64,000 nt of DNA from Chrysemys picta bellii (lineage: Eukaryota), in the NCBI RefSeq assembly GCF_011386835.1, contig NC_088794.1:15438001-15502000 (forward strand). Direction: 5' to 3'. Positions 37,024-49,205 of the stretch are shown in pieces; positions within the stretch are counted from its first letter, which is position 1; each line of letters opens with the position of its first letter. The notes beneath the pieces are model-generated. The model searched no databases, was not told the origin of the DNA, and saw only the letters and a list, made by a program, of their open reading frames with translations. Position numbers and translations under genes: made by a program.

Positions 37024-37504
37024 CTGCAAAAGGAAATGGATAGACTTTCACAGGCCTTGAAACAACTCAGGGAAGAAAATCATTTGCATGAACAATGTGT
37101 GCACACCAGCCATATTCACATTTTGCTGGGTAAAAATTGAAGCCAGGTACAGAAAGGATCTAGTTCCAACTCATGCACGATTAATAATTTGCAAAACCAT
37201 CTAAGAAAGTCATGGAGATGGAAATCCAAATATTGGCCTATGTTCAAGCATTAGCAAATGACAATCTAGATGATTAAAATCTGATCCTAAGTCAGCCTGC
37301 ACAATTCACAGGAGACTGCAGGATGTTGGCAAGTGTCAGGCCAACCTATCTAGAGGAACAATAAGCTTTGGGAAGAGTGAGTGGATCCTCCAAAGTGCAG
37401 GTAGAACTGACCGAGGAGAGATGACAGAGTTACGTAAATGAACTCCCCAATCTAGTGCACTTCAACTCCATATCTAGGTCTACCCATTTTCTTCACCTCC
37501 CAGT

Positions 37505-37580
37505 GTGGAGACAACAAGGAGTCTGGTGGCACCTTAAAGACTAACAGATTTATTTGGGCATAAGCTTTCGTGAGTAAAAG
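37505..37580. mobile_element. Penelope-like terminal fragment in ATP5PB intron 6
   Basis: ggagtctggtggcaccttaaagactaacagatttatttgggcataagctttcgtgagtaaaa is a recognisable reptile repeat terminus. Confidence 0.55.
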
Positions 37581-38053
37581 TATGGAGACAGTCCACTGAA
37601 GCGTCTTTAGCCCTGTGAGGTACCAAGTCATCTTAAAAATCCACATTTAAACATCCATGCTTTACATCAAGGGATGCTGCAAGGAAGTACCCCAGCCTCC
37701 TGGGCACACCTCCCACCCACAAGCCTACTATTGTGCAGGAAAGTATTCTCTCAACTGGAGTTACTGGACCTGATTTTCAAAAGCAATCAGCAACCGCAAC
37801 CCAAACAAAACCAGGAAATGCTGCAAGTGCTCAGCATTTCTGGAAAAATCAAAAAACACCCCCCCCCCCCATTGGTTTTGCTCAAAAAAGTAGGAATGTG
37901 CCTTGGGTGCTCTGGAAGCCAGCCAGAGAAGAGTTAGACAAAGAAGTACTAGTCATGTTTGGCCAAAGATGTCAGGCAGCTGAGGAAAACGGTATTCTGT
38001 ATTAGGACATGGGAGGCACAGTGAACTGCTAGAAGCTCAGAAGCTTAAAGTAC

Positions 38054-38233
38054 CTGTTGAGCAGTGAGGCTCTGGACGACGTTTTTCTCTATCCAGTTGA
38101 TCATGTGATCTTGTTCCTTACGACGTGTCAGTTGCTGTACAGCAATTTGATAGTCTAGCCGCTTTTTCACTTCATTGTATACGGTGAGCAGCCTTTCTCG
38201 GTAGTTAGTCTCTAGCAGCATAGCAACGTTATT
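38054..38233 (-). CDS. ATP5PB: ATP synthase subunit b, exon 6
   Basis: 180 nt, NNVAMLLETNYRERLLTVYNEVKKRLDYQIAVQQLTRRKEQDHMINWIEKNVVQSLTAQQ. Confidence 0.97.
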
Positions 38234-39660
38234 CTAGTTAGAGAAAAGATGCATTTCAGTTTTCCATTCTGACTTTTCTGACCATCTTATATTTCAGATT
38301 TAAGATTTTTATTAAAGCTAATGTTAAAAAATTATATAAGCTAAGGTTAAGAAAAGTGTCTGTACATCTGGGTATAGTTTTTAGATTACCCACAGATACA
38401 AAGTGTGTTTTAAAAGTCATAAGATACATCAGCAATAATCCAAATTTAGATGAATACATTTAATACAGTTTAGATATTAGCATCCTAGTATTCAGATACA
38501 TCAATCCTGAAAAGTTATACAGAGTTGGTTGTGGAAAGCAAATACATCAACGAGTGAAAATTATCCCTCAGTAGTTGAGAATTTAGGGTAGGTTGTCCAT
38601 TAGAAAATACAATCCATCCGGAAAGTATTTAAGTTACTTTCCCGACCGCACTTCTTATTGGCACTCCAGCTTATCCCTCCCTGGTATTGCCAATGTCCAG
38701 TGATGTGTTCTAGGTAGATGTCCCTCGACTACTAACTCACATGTTGCTTTTCAAAGGAACCTAGAGTATTTTACAAAAATTGGCTATGTGTTCATTCACA
38801 GATGGAGGCACAGAGAAGTTAAATGACTTCCCAAGGTCTCTGAGACAGGAACTGAACCCTAGAATCCCAATTCTATATTATATGCTAAGACTATAGAGTC
38901 TGTCAAAAGCGAGAGTCACCCTATTTAAATATAGGTAGCATTAGTTAAGTGGATATGGTATTTTAAAAAATGGGCAGCATTTTTAGGCTTTTCAACTGAG
39001 AATGTCTTTATACTGAAAATAAATAAATGGCAAAAATCTAGCATAATCCAGCTCTACACAGGAGCTCTCACCATAATGTTCTTTTAAAATAGACCATGTA
39101 ATTTTCTAGCTTTAAAAAAAATGGAAAAAAATGTCACATCAACACCCACATGGGTTATCAGCGGGGTTGGAGCCTTTAGATCCACAATACAGACCTCTGC
39201 CACTGGAGCTTCGGGAGTGGCAGCTACAGCAGTAGGTTGATCAACACAGAGGCCTCCCACTGCCAAATTTCAAGTCTCTGCTCCATAACTTGCAGGTTCT
39301 AGAACTTCTCAAATGAAAGGTCGCCAGAACGTTTTAACCATGTATTTTTCCCTAGCTTCGTTTTCCAGAAACGAACCATTTTCAAGAAAGATTAAAAAAA
39401 TTAAAAAAGCCTGGGGCAGATACCCAAGATGGAAAAATTAAAGCCTGAATAATTCTGGTAAAGTTACATGCAACTGAAAATAGGGTCTTATAATGGGAAA
39501 TGTCATACAACTTTAGTTGCCTATGTGACCTGCCACACCTAATGTACACATAGTCAACGTTTGCTGCTTGTTAAGTACATAGAGACAGTCAGGGTCTGTG
39601 GTTATGAGGGCTACGTAACTATGTAAAAAGGTATTTGTAAAGTTATTTGTAATAACGTAC

Positions 39661-39786
39661 CCGCTTGGCATCAAAGAGATAATTGCGGCCTTCAACCCTC
39701 CATTGCTCCTTCTTTTCCTGTTCAATCATTGACTCCAAGTGGTTGATTGAATCATTTTTCACAGCTAAAGCTTTGGCAACTTTCTC
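39661..39786 (-). CDS. ATP5PB: ATP synthase subunit b, exon 5
   Basis: 126 nt, EKVAKALAVKNDSINHLESMIEQEKKEQWRVEGRNYLFDAKR; ttcag| and |gtacgt. Confidence 0.95.
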
Positions 39787-41198
39787 CTGAAATAAGAAGG
39801 AACTTTAAAATCCAGACTAAAACATAAGGAAGAGAAAGATCAACTGCTGATCTGATTGTTCAAAACGGCATCATCTCCTTAAACTGTAACTTATCAGGTC
39901 TGAAGGTGAAGAGGGGCAGCCAAGAACAGTAAATGCCATTGAAGTTGCCATGTTTAAAGCTTAAGCCTGGTCTACACTTAAAACATCCATAAATGCAGTT
40001 TTACCAGCACAGATGAGTTTCTGTCAGTATAACTTATTTCACTCAGGGACCCAATATAAGCCACAAGGCAAGCATTTTTCTGATAAGGCCTTGTGTATAC
40101 TGGAAAAGGTTTACCAGTACAGTTATACCTGCAAACAATCCTAGAGCAGACGTAGCTTATTCTGGCAAAGAGGTTTTTACTAGTAGAGCTTATACCAGGT
40201 TACCCAACTGAAATAAGCTACATCAACAAAAGCATTCCTATGCCAGTATAACTCAGGTGTACAGTATGTGTTACTTAGGCCAAGACTAGAAAGAAACTAT
40301 AGTTATACCAGCAACACTTTTCTAGCATAGAAAAGGCCTTTGCAGAAAAGAACCAAGGAACACATGTAAGAGTACAGAAATAAAGTGGCAGGCCCCCAAA
40401 ATATGAAGAATGAGTCAACGAGGTCTCTAACTTCCAGACTAAACTCCATTTCATTCTGAAGTAGATGCAATAAAGACTGCAATGCACTGGCTCACAATGC
40501 ACCTACATGGTTTAGTTATTTCTAAAAAAACCCACACCAACTAAAAAGCAGCAAAGGTTGAAAGTCAGAGGCTTATGCTCCCCAAGCATCCAAGCATTCA
40601 CCCACTGCTGAAAATGGGACTTAAGATGCTTTTGAAAAATTTTACTAAAATTTTACATATATGGATATTGATTCATGACACCAATTATAAATGCATACTT
40701 TGCCCTCAGCCCTTTAATTTTAGATTGACACCCCTGACAAAATACCATAAAATAAGCATTTTGCAAACAGGTGGCTTCTTAACATGCATGACAGAGTCAA
40801 GTTCTGGCTCCCTTAGCCAATAGGGTCTGGAAGTACTGTTCTGATAAGTTTCATTTATTTCTTCAGGATTAGTAGGCTATCAGCCAAAATGCAAGAACAC
40901 TCAGTTGCGAGACAGTCACTACTGTACCCAATTCTACATCGAACCTGCCCATGAATTTAGATTAAGTTGCCTACCCTGTAAGATTTATTTGGCAGAGATC
41001 ACCTAGTGTAAAGTGCCATGTAGGCTTTCAGCACTGTACAAAGAGAACAATCATTAAAAAAAGCCATTACTTTTCTTCAACATTAGAAGAAGAACTGGTG
41101 AATTTTTTTTTTTAAACCACACGCAACTGAACACCTGGAATTGTTGCATTGAGAGTTAGTGTCAAGTTAGATTATGTTCTTCTTTTCCCCCCTCTTAC

Positions 41199-41362
41199 CT
41201 CATTGAGCTTATCAGCAAAAGCTGCTACATCACCCCCATATTTTTTAACTATATAGATGATGACTCCCACCATGCAGGCACCTGCAACTGTTTCATGGTT
41301 GATTATATAGATTTCCTTGGAGAGCAAGTAGCACAGTAGCCCAGTCCCCAGCACATAGGGCC
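41199..41362 (-). CDS. ATP5PB: ATP synthase subunit b, exon 4
   Basis: 164 nt, PYVLGTGLLCYLLSKEIYIINHETVAGACMVGVIIYIVKKYGGDVAAFADKLNE |gtaaga. Confidence 0.97.
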
Positions 41363-42068
41363 CTAAAATAGATAAAAGGATACTGTTTTAAATACATTAC
41401 TTGGAAACAGACCCATTCCAAGTTCAGTTGGCTGAAAGCAGAGCTAGGCATTTTAATTTTTTTAAGTTGCATAGGAATATTGAGGGACTTGTCACTCCTC
41501 TCCAAAAAAAGGATGACTCAGGTAGAAGAACCAGATTGGGAATGGTGTAAGATGGAGTTTCCTCTGAGATATACTGCTATATGAAGACTTCCATCACCAA
41601 AAAGTAACCATGGAATACCTAATATGTTATCTGTAGCCTCTGCTGCCCTCTCAGCATAGGGCATTAACCTCCATGTTTAGAGGTTACTGGGAGCCAGGAG
41701 CTGCAAAAATGTTTCTGCTAATCAGGCCCATCACACACACTTAGGACTTATCCTTTACCGAAAGCTAAAGTCTGTAAGGTGCCCTCTGATCAACTCCCCC
41801 ATTTGCTTCCCAAACTTCAAAAGAGTTGAAGGTTCTCAGTATTTCAGAGGGAAACTTATTTCCATACAGGACCAAGCCCATAATTAGTGAAATATCCTAA
41901 ACAGTGTGCGTTCTTTCCCACCAAAGCAAATTCATCATCCACATCAATGTCAAGTTACTCACACCAGTAAAACCTAAACTTTTCAGACACTTTGCCTTAC
42001 TTGATGGCCATAGCAGGTGTGCAGCACCAATAATCAAAATGAAACCCACAAAGGTACAACATACTAAC

Positions 42069-42214
42069 CTGTGACTCCTGTTTTAGGATACAGGAATTGG
42101 AAAAATTCCTCTGGGATCAACCCATGACGAACTTGCCCTCCTTTCTCAGGGAGAGGTGGTAAAGGAACCAAGCACTGCTGACCAGTGTGAAATGGTCTAG
42201 ATGCATGCAATACA
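42069..42214 (-). CDS. ATP5PB: ATP synthase subunit b, exon 3
   Basis: 146 nt, VLHASRPFHTGQQCLVPLPPLPEKGGQVRHGLIPEEFFQFLYPKTGVTG; canonical AG/GT. Confidence 0.97.
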
Positions 42215-43327
42215 CTATGAGTAAAAAAGAGATTTTCTGTGAAGTGTATTCCTTTGCAAAAAAAAAAAAAGTCTCAAATTAAGTTAGGACACTTGTTCTT
42301 ATATGCGGGCCCCAAAATCTTTTCAGTTACACAGAAGTCAAAACTGTATACCAAACATTCAAAATAGACTTTGGTTAACGCACATACAAACTTACCCTTG
42401 GTAAACATCTATTTATTTGCCTAGATTGGGTAGATTTTACCCAGTTTCACATAAGCAAATGGGCACACATGGAGGTTGCAGGTATATGGAGGGAAAAAAA
42501 AACCTTCACGATCTTGTCTCAAGATTCACAGCAGAGGCTTCTTAAATGAGAAATTGTAGTAAATCTATACTTCTTCAAGAACACTTTTCATTCCTTTAAT
42601 TTTCTACTGAAGGATTTCAAGATGCTTAACAAAAAATTAGTCTTACACATGCATAAAGGAAGCAAATTCTATTACCACAATTTAACAGGTAAATAGACTG
42701 AAAAATTAGGTGACGTGCTCATGGTCCAACAAACTCAAGCATCCCAACCTCCAGAATCCTGATCATATTAAAAAGTTTGATTAGAAGCTACCTGAGTGTT
42801 GCCATAGCAGGGAGGATAATATCACTCACATAGCTGCCAGAAGGTAGTTCAAAATATTAAGGCCTGAGTAACACACAAAGTTGCACCATTCAAGCTAAAT
42901 GTTATTTTATACCAATTTAAACTGGTCTTACTTTGTTGATAGGTTTGAGCTGAAATAAGCTTTTTGATATTGTATTTGCTGGTACCTATAATAGACAGAA
43001 GCTAACTAAACCAACATAACCAGTTTGGAAGTTACCCCCTCTATAAAGTGCCTGGAGATCTACTCACAAAAAGTGCGATATAAAAACTAGACATCATCAT
43101 CACCACTCTAGTAAACAGATCAATGAGTGTATACACTATTGTGTTGAATTAAACTGGCATAGGAGTTAAACCAGCACAACCTCAGTGCTTCAGCAAATGC
43201 TTCACCTAACCTAAAGCAGGATTCACAGAAGCGACTTTAGCTCCATGCCGAGGTAGGTCATTTCTAAGCAGCCAGCAACTCTAACCCCCAGCCCCAGGAA
43301 CGGGCCCCGAGAGTCTTAATTCCTAGT

Positions 43328-43468
43328 CCCCCCTCCCCGAGGAGAAAGAGAACCCAGGAGTCCTGACCTCTCCACCCCCCCCTCCCCGAGGAGAAAGAGA
43401 ACCCAGGAGTCCTGACCTCTCCACCCCCCCCTCCCCGAGGAGAAAGAGAACCCAGGAGCCCTGACCTC
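43328..43468. repeat. 49-bp minisatellite, about 2.8 copies, in ATP5PB intron 2
   Basis: The unit ccccctccccgaggagaaagagaacccaggagtcctgacctctccacc recurs at 43334, 43383 and 43432. Confidence 0.95.
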
Positions 43469-43524
43469 CCTCCCCCGCCCGAGGCAGGGCCAGAGCCCCG
43501 GCGCCTCGCCCGGGCCGCACTTAC

Positions 43525-43567
43525 CCCACGGAGAGGGAGGGAGCCAGGCTCTTCAGCGCCGCCGGAG
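43525..43567 (-). CDS. ATP5PB: ATP synthase subunit b, exon 2
   Basis: ctcccgcag| APAALKSLAPSLSVG |gtaagt; 43 nt, phases 1/2. Confidence 0.9.
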
Positions 43568-43674
43568 CTGCGGGAGGACACAGAGCGATCAGTGCAGGCC
43601 CCGGGTCCGGGCCCGCCCCCGCTGGGCCTCCCCAGGGCTCCCCCCGCACCCCCCCGGGGACGGGCCCCACTCAC

Positions 43675-43702
43675 CGGCGCGCAGGCCCAGGCGGGACAGC
43701 AT
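43675..43702 (-). CDS. ATP5PB: ATP synthase peripheral stalk subunit b, exon 1
   Basis: ATG at 43702, MLSRLGLRA (start of the mitochondrial presequence), donor G|gtgagt. Confidence 0.93.
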
Positions 43703-44036
43703 TGTCGGCAGAGCTGCGGCGCTGCCCTCTCTGTCCCGGTGACCCCGGCGGCGGCGGCGGCAGCAAGATGGCCACAGCAAAAGTAGCCTCGCGAGAGGAG
43801 CTTAGGAACGCCCAACATCTCGCGAGCTGTGGGGGCGGGAGCGGTAAACGGGTCGCGAGAAGAATCGTAATCTCCTGTAATGGGGCGAAGGGCGGGGGTT
43901 CTGGGAAATCTCGCGAGAGGAGCGCCGGGGCGCCGGCAGGGGGCGTGGCCCAGTCGGGGTGTCCCGGGAGCAGCACGTGGAGGCTGCCGCTGTCCGTCTG
44001 CTCGTGCCGCGGGGGTGGGAGTCGCGCGCTGCCGCC

Positions 44037-44151
44037 ATGCAAGAGCCGGAGCAGCCCGACGGGGGGGCCTCGGGCGACCCCGAGTGGAACATCCCGCCCA
44101 ACGCGCCCGCCTGCATGGAGCGCCACCTGGACGGGGCCCACTACCGCCCAG
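44037..44151 (+). CDS. WDR77: WD repeat protein 77 (MEP50), exon 1
   Basis: gccgccATG Kozak at 44037; MQEPEQ...EWNIPPNAPACMERHLDGAHYRP; donor G|gtaccc; 115 nt. Confidence 0.95.
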
Positions 44152-44739
44152 GTACCCCAGCGACCCCTGCCCCCCCAGGGCATGTCCTTCCCATGCACCC
44201 TGCCCTGCGCCCCTCGAGCATTGTCCCACGCTGTGCCCCCAGGGCACCTCTTCTGTCCTGGGCCTGAACCCCACTCTGCTCCCCAGCCCTGACCACCCTG
44301 TGGCCCGTGCACATCCTGTCCCAGGCACACGTGAACTTCCCCGGGTGATCCCAAGCACTGCGTTCTGGGGGATCCCGAACATCATCCGTCCCTGGTGGGG
44401 GACAGTGCATCACAGCTACTGCCCAGTGATGCTCCCCATGCCACCTCCTGGGATACACTGCAGCCAAGTGTTACCCTCCTGAGAGTGAGCTTCTGAACAG
44501 TCTCACACCCAGAGAAAGAGAGTCCCTGGGTTGTCTATCCCTGTGCCTCTCTTGGGACCTTGCAGGGCTCTACAGTTTTCTCACACCTGCCTACAGTGCA
44601 ACCACTGGGCACTGCTACCCCATCCCCCCAACATCTGTTCATTCAGTGCAGGTTTCAAGGACACCATTCATACCCCAACAGAATTTAGAAATGGAATAGA
44701 AAAATCTACGCTCCTGAGTGACACGGTTAAAGTGACCTA

Positions 44740-44916
44740 TCCCCTAGTGTAGACAGTACTAGTTCAATGGGAGACTTCTCCCATTGACCTAGCTACCCCT
44801 TCTCTGGAAGCTGGAGTACCTACGCTAATGGGAGAAGCTCTCCTGTTGGTGTAGGTAGTGTCTTCGGTGACACGGAGCACCTGCAGCACTGTAGCATTTT
44901 AAGTGTAGATAAGCCC
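44740..44916. mobile_element. Older Harbinger-type MITE remnant in WDR77 intron 1
   Basis: Ends agtgtagataagccc followed by TTA; internal palindromes are degenerate. Confidence 0.45.
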
Positions 44917-45085
44917 TTATTTAGCATGTGTTAGCTAAGTCAAACCAAAACTTTTATTGGCCAAGATGATGCTTTAGTTATGTTAATCTAGATAAACTGA
45001 GTTCTGTATTGTGCTTTACGTATAGGCTCAGTATATCAGGAATTGTGGGATTTAACTCTCTCTCTTCTTTTTATCTCTTTTCCAG

Positions 45086-45271
45086 ATGGAGCTCTTCTCC
45101 TGGGTGCTTCTAGCTTGAGTGGACGTTGCTGGGTGGGTTCCATTTGGGTATTTAAGGATCCAGAACGGGCCCCTAACGAAGGCTTTTGCTCTGCTGGGGT
45201 TCAGACGGAAGCAGGCGTAGCGGATCTGAAATGGGTAGCGGATAAAGGAATACTAGTGGCCTCAGATTCTG
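45086..45271 (+). CDS. WDR77: WDR77 exon 2
   Basis: 186 nt, [26 protein letters not shown]...[24 protein letters not shown]; canonical sites. Confidence 0.97.
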
Positions 45272-46268
45272 GTAAATTAAAATGGATTGAATTTTTGTAG
45301 CTCTGAAGTTTGTCTGTAATGTGTGAGCATGATCAGTAGTTGGCCTCCTGCAGCTCAAGGGAGTTGTCTGGGATGCCATATGGAAGGAAGTGGACAACAT
45401 GAAGGGGACCAGCTCAGTGGTCCGTATTTAACAGACGTGGGAGTGTTTGTGGGATTAAAAACTTCTCATAATTTTTTTTTTTTTTTTAAGCAAACATTGT
45501 GGGCATGCAGATTGGTCAACAACAATTTGCTCCTGTTTGAAATGGCAGGGGAACATGTAAAAAACAGACTAATGTTACAGACCTACAATGCAAAATCAGA
45601 TGTATTGCTGGATTCCAGCCCCTCACCCTGGGCTCTCAGCTGAGACCGTGACAATTCTGAACCTTTGTAAACAATGCCTGAGCACAGATTTGGAATTAAG
45701 ACGCCTGAAACATGTTCCTGGCCCAACTGTAAATCCATGGATAAGCCATGTCACCGCTCTGTGCCAGTATTCCCATCTGTAAAATAAGAATAACAATAGG
45801 GACTGTCTTGTTTGTTCTGTTTGTACAGCACCTAGCACTATGGGGTCCTGGGCCATGCCTGGGTCTCCTAAGTGCCATGAGTAGTAATAATAATTTATCT
45901 CAGAGGGATGTTCCAGATTCTGTAATTTAGGGTTTTCTGTGACGCTCATCTCCATAATATTGAAGCATTGTTAAGGTTTTTGATTGCATGTGTTGTAATG
46001 TGCTGTGAAAATAAAGACCACCGTGTAAATGCTACCTAATATTCTTAATACGATCATGGTGGCATTTTTGAAAACTTTCTTGCACTTTGTCTCTGTTAAT
46101 TGATTTGTCTATGGGGATGTTTCCATTTAGATCCCATCTAGTTTGCCACAGGGCCCTTCTGGGTAATGAGTCCTCTTGGGAAGAGAGCATCTTCTCCCCC
46201 AGGCTTTTGTATTGTTTCTTGGTTGAACCCTCTCGGTAAAATGGTTGGCTTTCCCCATTTTCCTTTAG

Positions 46269-46410
46269 GTGCTGTGGAGCTCTGGGAGTTGGATGAGAAC
46301 GAAACTCTAATAGTGAACAAGTTTTGTAAATATGAGCATGACGACATTGTGACAACAGTGAGCGTTTTCACTAACACCACTCAGGCGGTTAGTGGCAGCA
46401 AAGACTTCTG
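46269..46410 (+). CDS. WDR77: WDR77 exon 3
   Basis: 142 nt, [46 protein letters not shown] |gttagt. Confidence 0.97.
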
Positions 46411-46498
46411 GTTAGTTTCCTTTGCATTTCTGCTTCTCTCTCTTGTTTTGAGTGAATCATCCCTCGCTCTTCCTAACTGGTTGTGTTCTTACTTGTAG

Positions 46499-46548
46499 CG
46501 TGAAGGTTTGGGACATCCCACAGCAAACAGTGCTGCACTCTTACAGAG
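46499..46548 (+). CDS. WDR77: WDR77 exon 4
   Basis: 50 nt, VKVWDIPQQTVLHSYR |gtgagt. Confidence 0.95.
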
Positions 46549-47271
46549 GTGAGTACCAAATTGACTTATGGATTTTGCTTCTCCTATTCACTTCTAGGAG
46601 CTGCTTTGGAACTCTGGACTTCAAATCCAGCTGTTCCCAATCTAATAAAACACACACTGCTCTGCAGAGCTGATATATGCAGCATCCTGGCTGGTGACCA
46701 CACTATAATCTTTGACCCAAGATTATTTACTTTGGATTTCTTGCCACTAACCCCAATTGTATTTATCCTGATTATAATGCATGATGCTCAACTTTCAAGG
46801 AAAAATGACAGTACAATATATTTCAAGTGGACAGTGTTTATGATTTAACACAATTTATAAAGTTGTCTGTTTTGTGGGATTATCCGTAGGAGGTTTGTAG
46901 GCTTCCTAGAATTTTTCTAGCCCACATCTTTCCAGGGATGTGAGTCATTTCCCTCGCTCTCATTTCTTCCTCCAAACTTCATACTGACAAGTGACAGTTC
47001 TCCTCTCCCCTCTCGGTGGATCCATTGTATGGTAATTGTGCTGGGCTGAAAATATTTCTCCCCTAGAATTTTATATTTATTACTTTCTAATGCAAGTTTT
47101 TGTGAATTTAGAGCTGATGGAAGATGGTGGTGTAACATCCCTCCTAGCCACAGCCCAGGTAGAGGCAGTGCAAGTGAGCCACCCAGTGCCCCTCTTTGGC
47201 TAGGTGTTGCATCCAGCCTTGATCCACATTCCCAATCTTTCAGTAGCTTTATCCTTTTTTTCTTTTGATAG

Positions 47272-47342
47272 CTCATTCCAGCCCAGTGACATGTGTGGCC
47301 TCTTGTCCTGGTAAGGATACCGTGTTCCTGTCCTGTGCTGAG
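47272..47342 (+). CDS. WDR77: WDR77 exon 5
   Basis: 71 nt, AHSSPVTCVASCPGKDTVFLSCAE |gtaaaa. Confidence 0.95.
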
Positions 47343-47967
47343 GTAAAATTAACTCTGTCTCCAAATCTCTATGGTACAAATCTGATTTGGCCTGTGAACT
47401 CTGCAGTTAAAACACGTATTTACGTTTTCAATAAGTAGCACATTGTGTTTTTTGTCATTTTGAAGCATTCCAGTTTGGCACATTCATTGGTCCATAACTT
47501 ACAATGATAATTTGTATTGACTACATTGAAATATGCTGTTGGCTAGCTCTGTAGTTGTTAAGGTTCAGTCTGTACTGAGGGTATATCTACCCCAGTTTAA
47601 ACTCTTATTGCAGATCACAGCACCAGAGTAATGCAGAGGTTGCACTGGTCTGAAATCAGGGTAGGCTGCATTGGTGCACTACATCTATACTGGGAGTGTA
47701 CACTCGTGTAGCTACCATGATACAAATAATCTCAGTTTAGAGCGACCTTAAACCTGGGGTGTGGGAGGGAAAAGATGGTCTTATAATTAAAGGATGGGAA
47801 GGCACTATACAATTGCAAAATATATTTATGAAAATATACATAATAAACTCTGCTTTTAGCAGTTGTCCCAATTTGAAAGAAAACCCTCTTATATGAAATC
47901 ATCTGAATCAAAATATTTATGTATGTTATCGGAGTATTGTGATTCAAATACACAATATTGCCTCTAA

Positions 47968-48263
47968 GGGCTGGTCCCCACTTAGTCCGGACTTCGGACT
48001 AAGGTACGCAAATTCAGCTACGTTAATAACGTAGCTGAATTCGAAGTACCTTAGTCCGGACTTACCGCGGTCCAGACGCGGCCGGAAGTCTCCCCCCGTC
48101 GACGCCGCGTACTCCTCTCGGCGAGCTGGAGTACCGGCGCCGATTGTGAGCACTTCCGGGATCGATCCGGGATCGATTTATCGCGTCTTAACCAGACGCG
48201 ATAAACCGATCCCAGAACATCGATGGCGTGCCGCCGGACCAGCCGGTAAGTGAAGACTAGGCC
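47968..48263. mobile_element. Palindromic Harbinger-type MITE, copy B, in WDR77 intron 5
   Basis: TAA on both sides; same three-hairpin layout as copy A (cagctacgttaataacgtagctg; atttatcgcgtcttaaccagacgcgataaa). Confidence 0.88.
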
Positions 48264-48560
48264 TAACTGATAATACTTAGCAGTTACACAGCAGTACTTA
48301 CCCTTTGAAATGCTATACAAACACTCTGGTGTGGTAGGTAAGTGTGACTGTCCCCATTGTAGAGAAGGGGAACTAAAAGCACAGAGTGATTTCTCCAAGC
48401 CCATGGAGAGAGTGAATGGGAGAACAGAGATTACTACTCCTGATTCCCAGTCCAAAGCTTAATTCATTGATGTGATATGTGGAGGCACAGAGTTCATAAA
48501 ACCTCTTCTCTTTTTTTTTTTTTTTTTTCTTTTTCCCCTCCATTAACTTTGAATGTATAG

Positions 48561-48615
48561 GATGACAGAATTTTACTGTGGGATACCAGATGCCCCAAAC
48601 CAGCTACTCGAATTG
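48561..48615 (+). CDS. WDR77: WDR77 exon 6
   Basis: 55 nt, DDRILLWDTRCPKPATRI |gtaagt. Confidence 0.95.
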
Positions 48616-48908
48616 GTAAGTCTGTGGATATACAATACATGGGAATTTTCTGGGGGAGACGGGGGGAGATAAACTTGCAATGTTTCATTCATTAAGTTTG
48701 TATTGTTCTACCACATAGAATTTATCTCCGCCAATGATAGTGCTAGGATGAAAGCACAAAGAAACCAGTCATAAAATAGCATCACATAAGTACAACAAGT
48801 TTAAAAAAAAAAAATCTTAGCCAATTGGCAACTGAGGGTGCTAAAATAACATGGGAATATCTGAGCTCACAGTTCTCGTCACACTCACCATCGTTTCTTT
48901 CTTGACAG

Positions 48909-48980
48909 TTTGCAGTGCCTCTGCTTACCTCCCTACCTCAGTTATGTGGCATCCAGAGCAAAGTGACACATTTGTTTTGG
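48909..48980 (+). CDS. WDR77: WDR77 exon 7
   Basis: 72 nt, [25 protein letters not shown] |gtaagg. Confidence 0.94.
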
Positions 48981-49096
48981 GTAAGGAGCTATCTTACTAT
49001 TAACTGTCATTATCCAGATTACACATTGTGACTGAATGCTCTTTGTTCTCTGTTTGATTTTCCCTAATAATCCCGTTCTCCTTTGTTCTTTTAAAG

Positions 49097-49205
49097 GTGA
49101 TGAAAATGGGACAGTTGCTCTTGTAGACACGAAGAACCCAGACTCCGCTCTAAGTTCAGCTGTGCACTCCCAAACCATCACTGGGTTTGCATTTTCTACA
49201 CACAG
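49097..49205 (+). CDS. WDR77: WDR77 exon 8
   Basis: 109 nt, [36 protein letters not shown] |gtactg. Confidence 0.95.

Larger units (their letters stand above)
43320..44460. promoter_or_regulatory. CpG island and bidirectional promoter shared by ATP5PB and WDR77
   Basis: High GC and CpG density. Divergent ATGs at 43702 (-) and 44037 (+). TCGCGA-core elements at 43787-43796, 43818-43827, 43851-43860 and 43909-43918. YY1-type CAAGATGGC at 43764-43772, GC boxes, and E-box CACGTG at 43974-43979. Confidence 0.9.

Noticed and set aside
43264-44482. 373-aa, 227-aa, 200-aa and 196-aa ORFs over the promoter
   Set aside because: CpG-island artefacts overlapping the true ATP5PB and WDR77 first exons.
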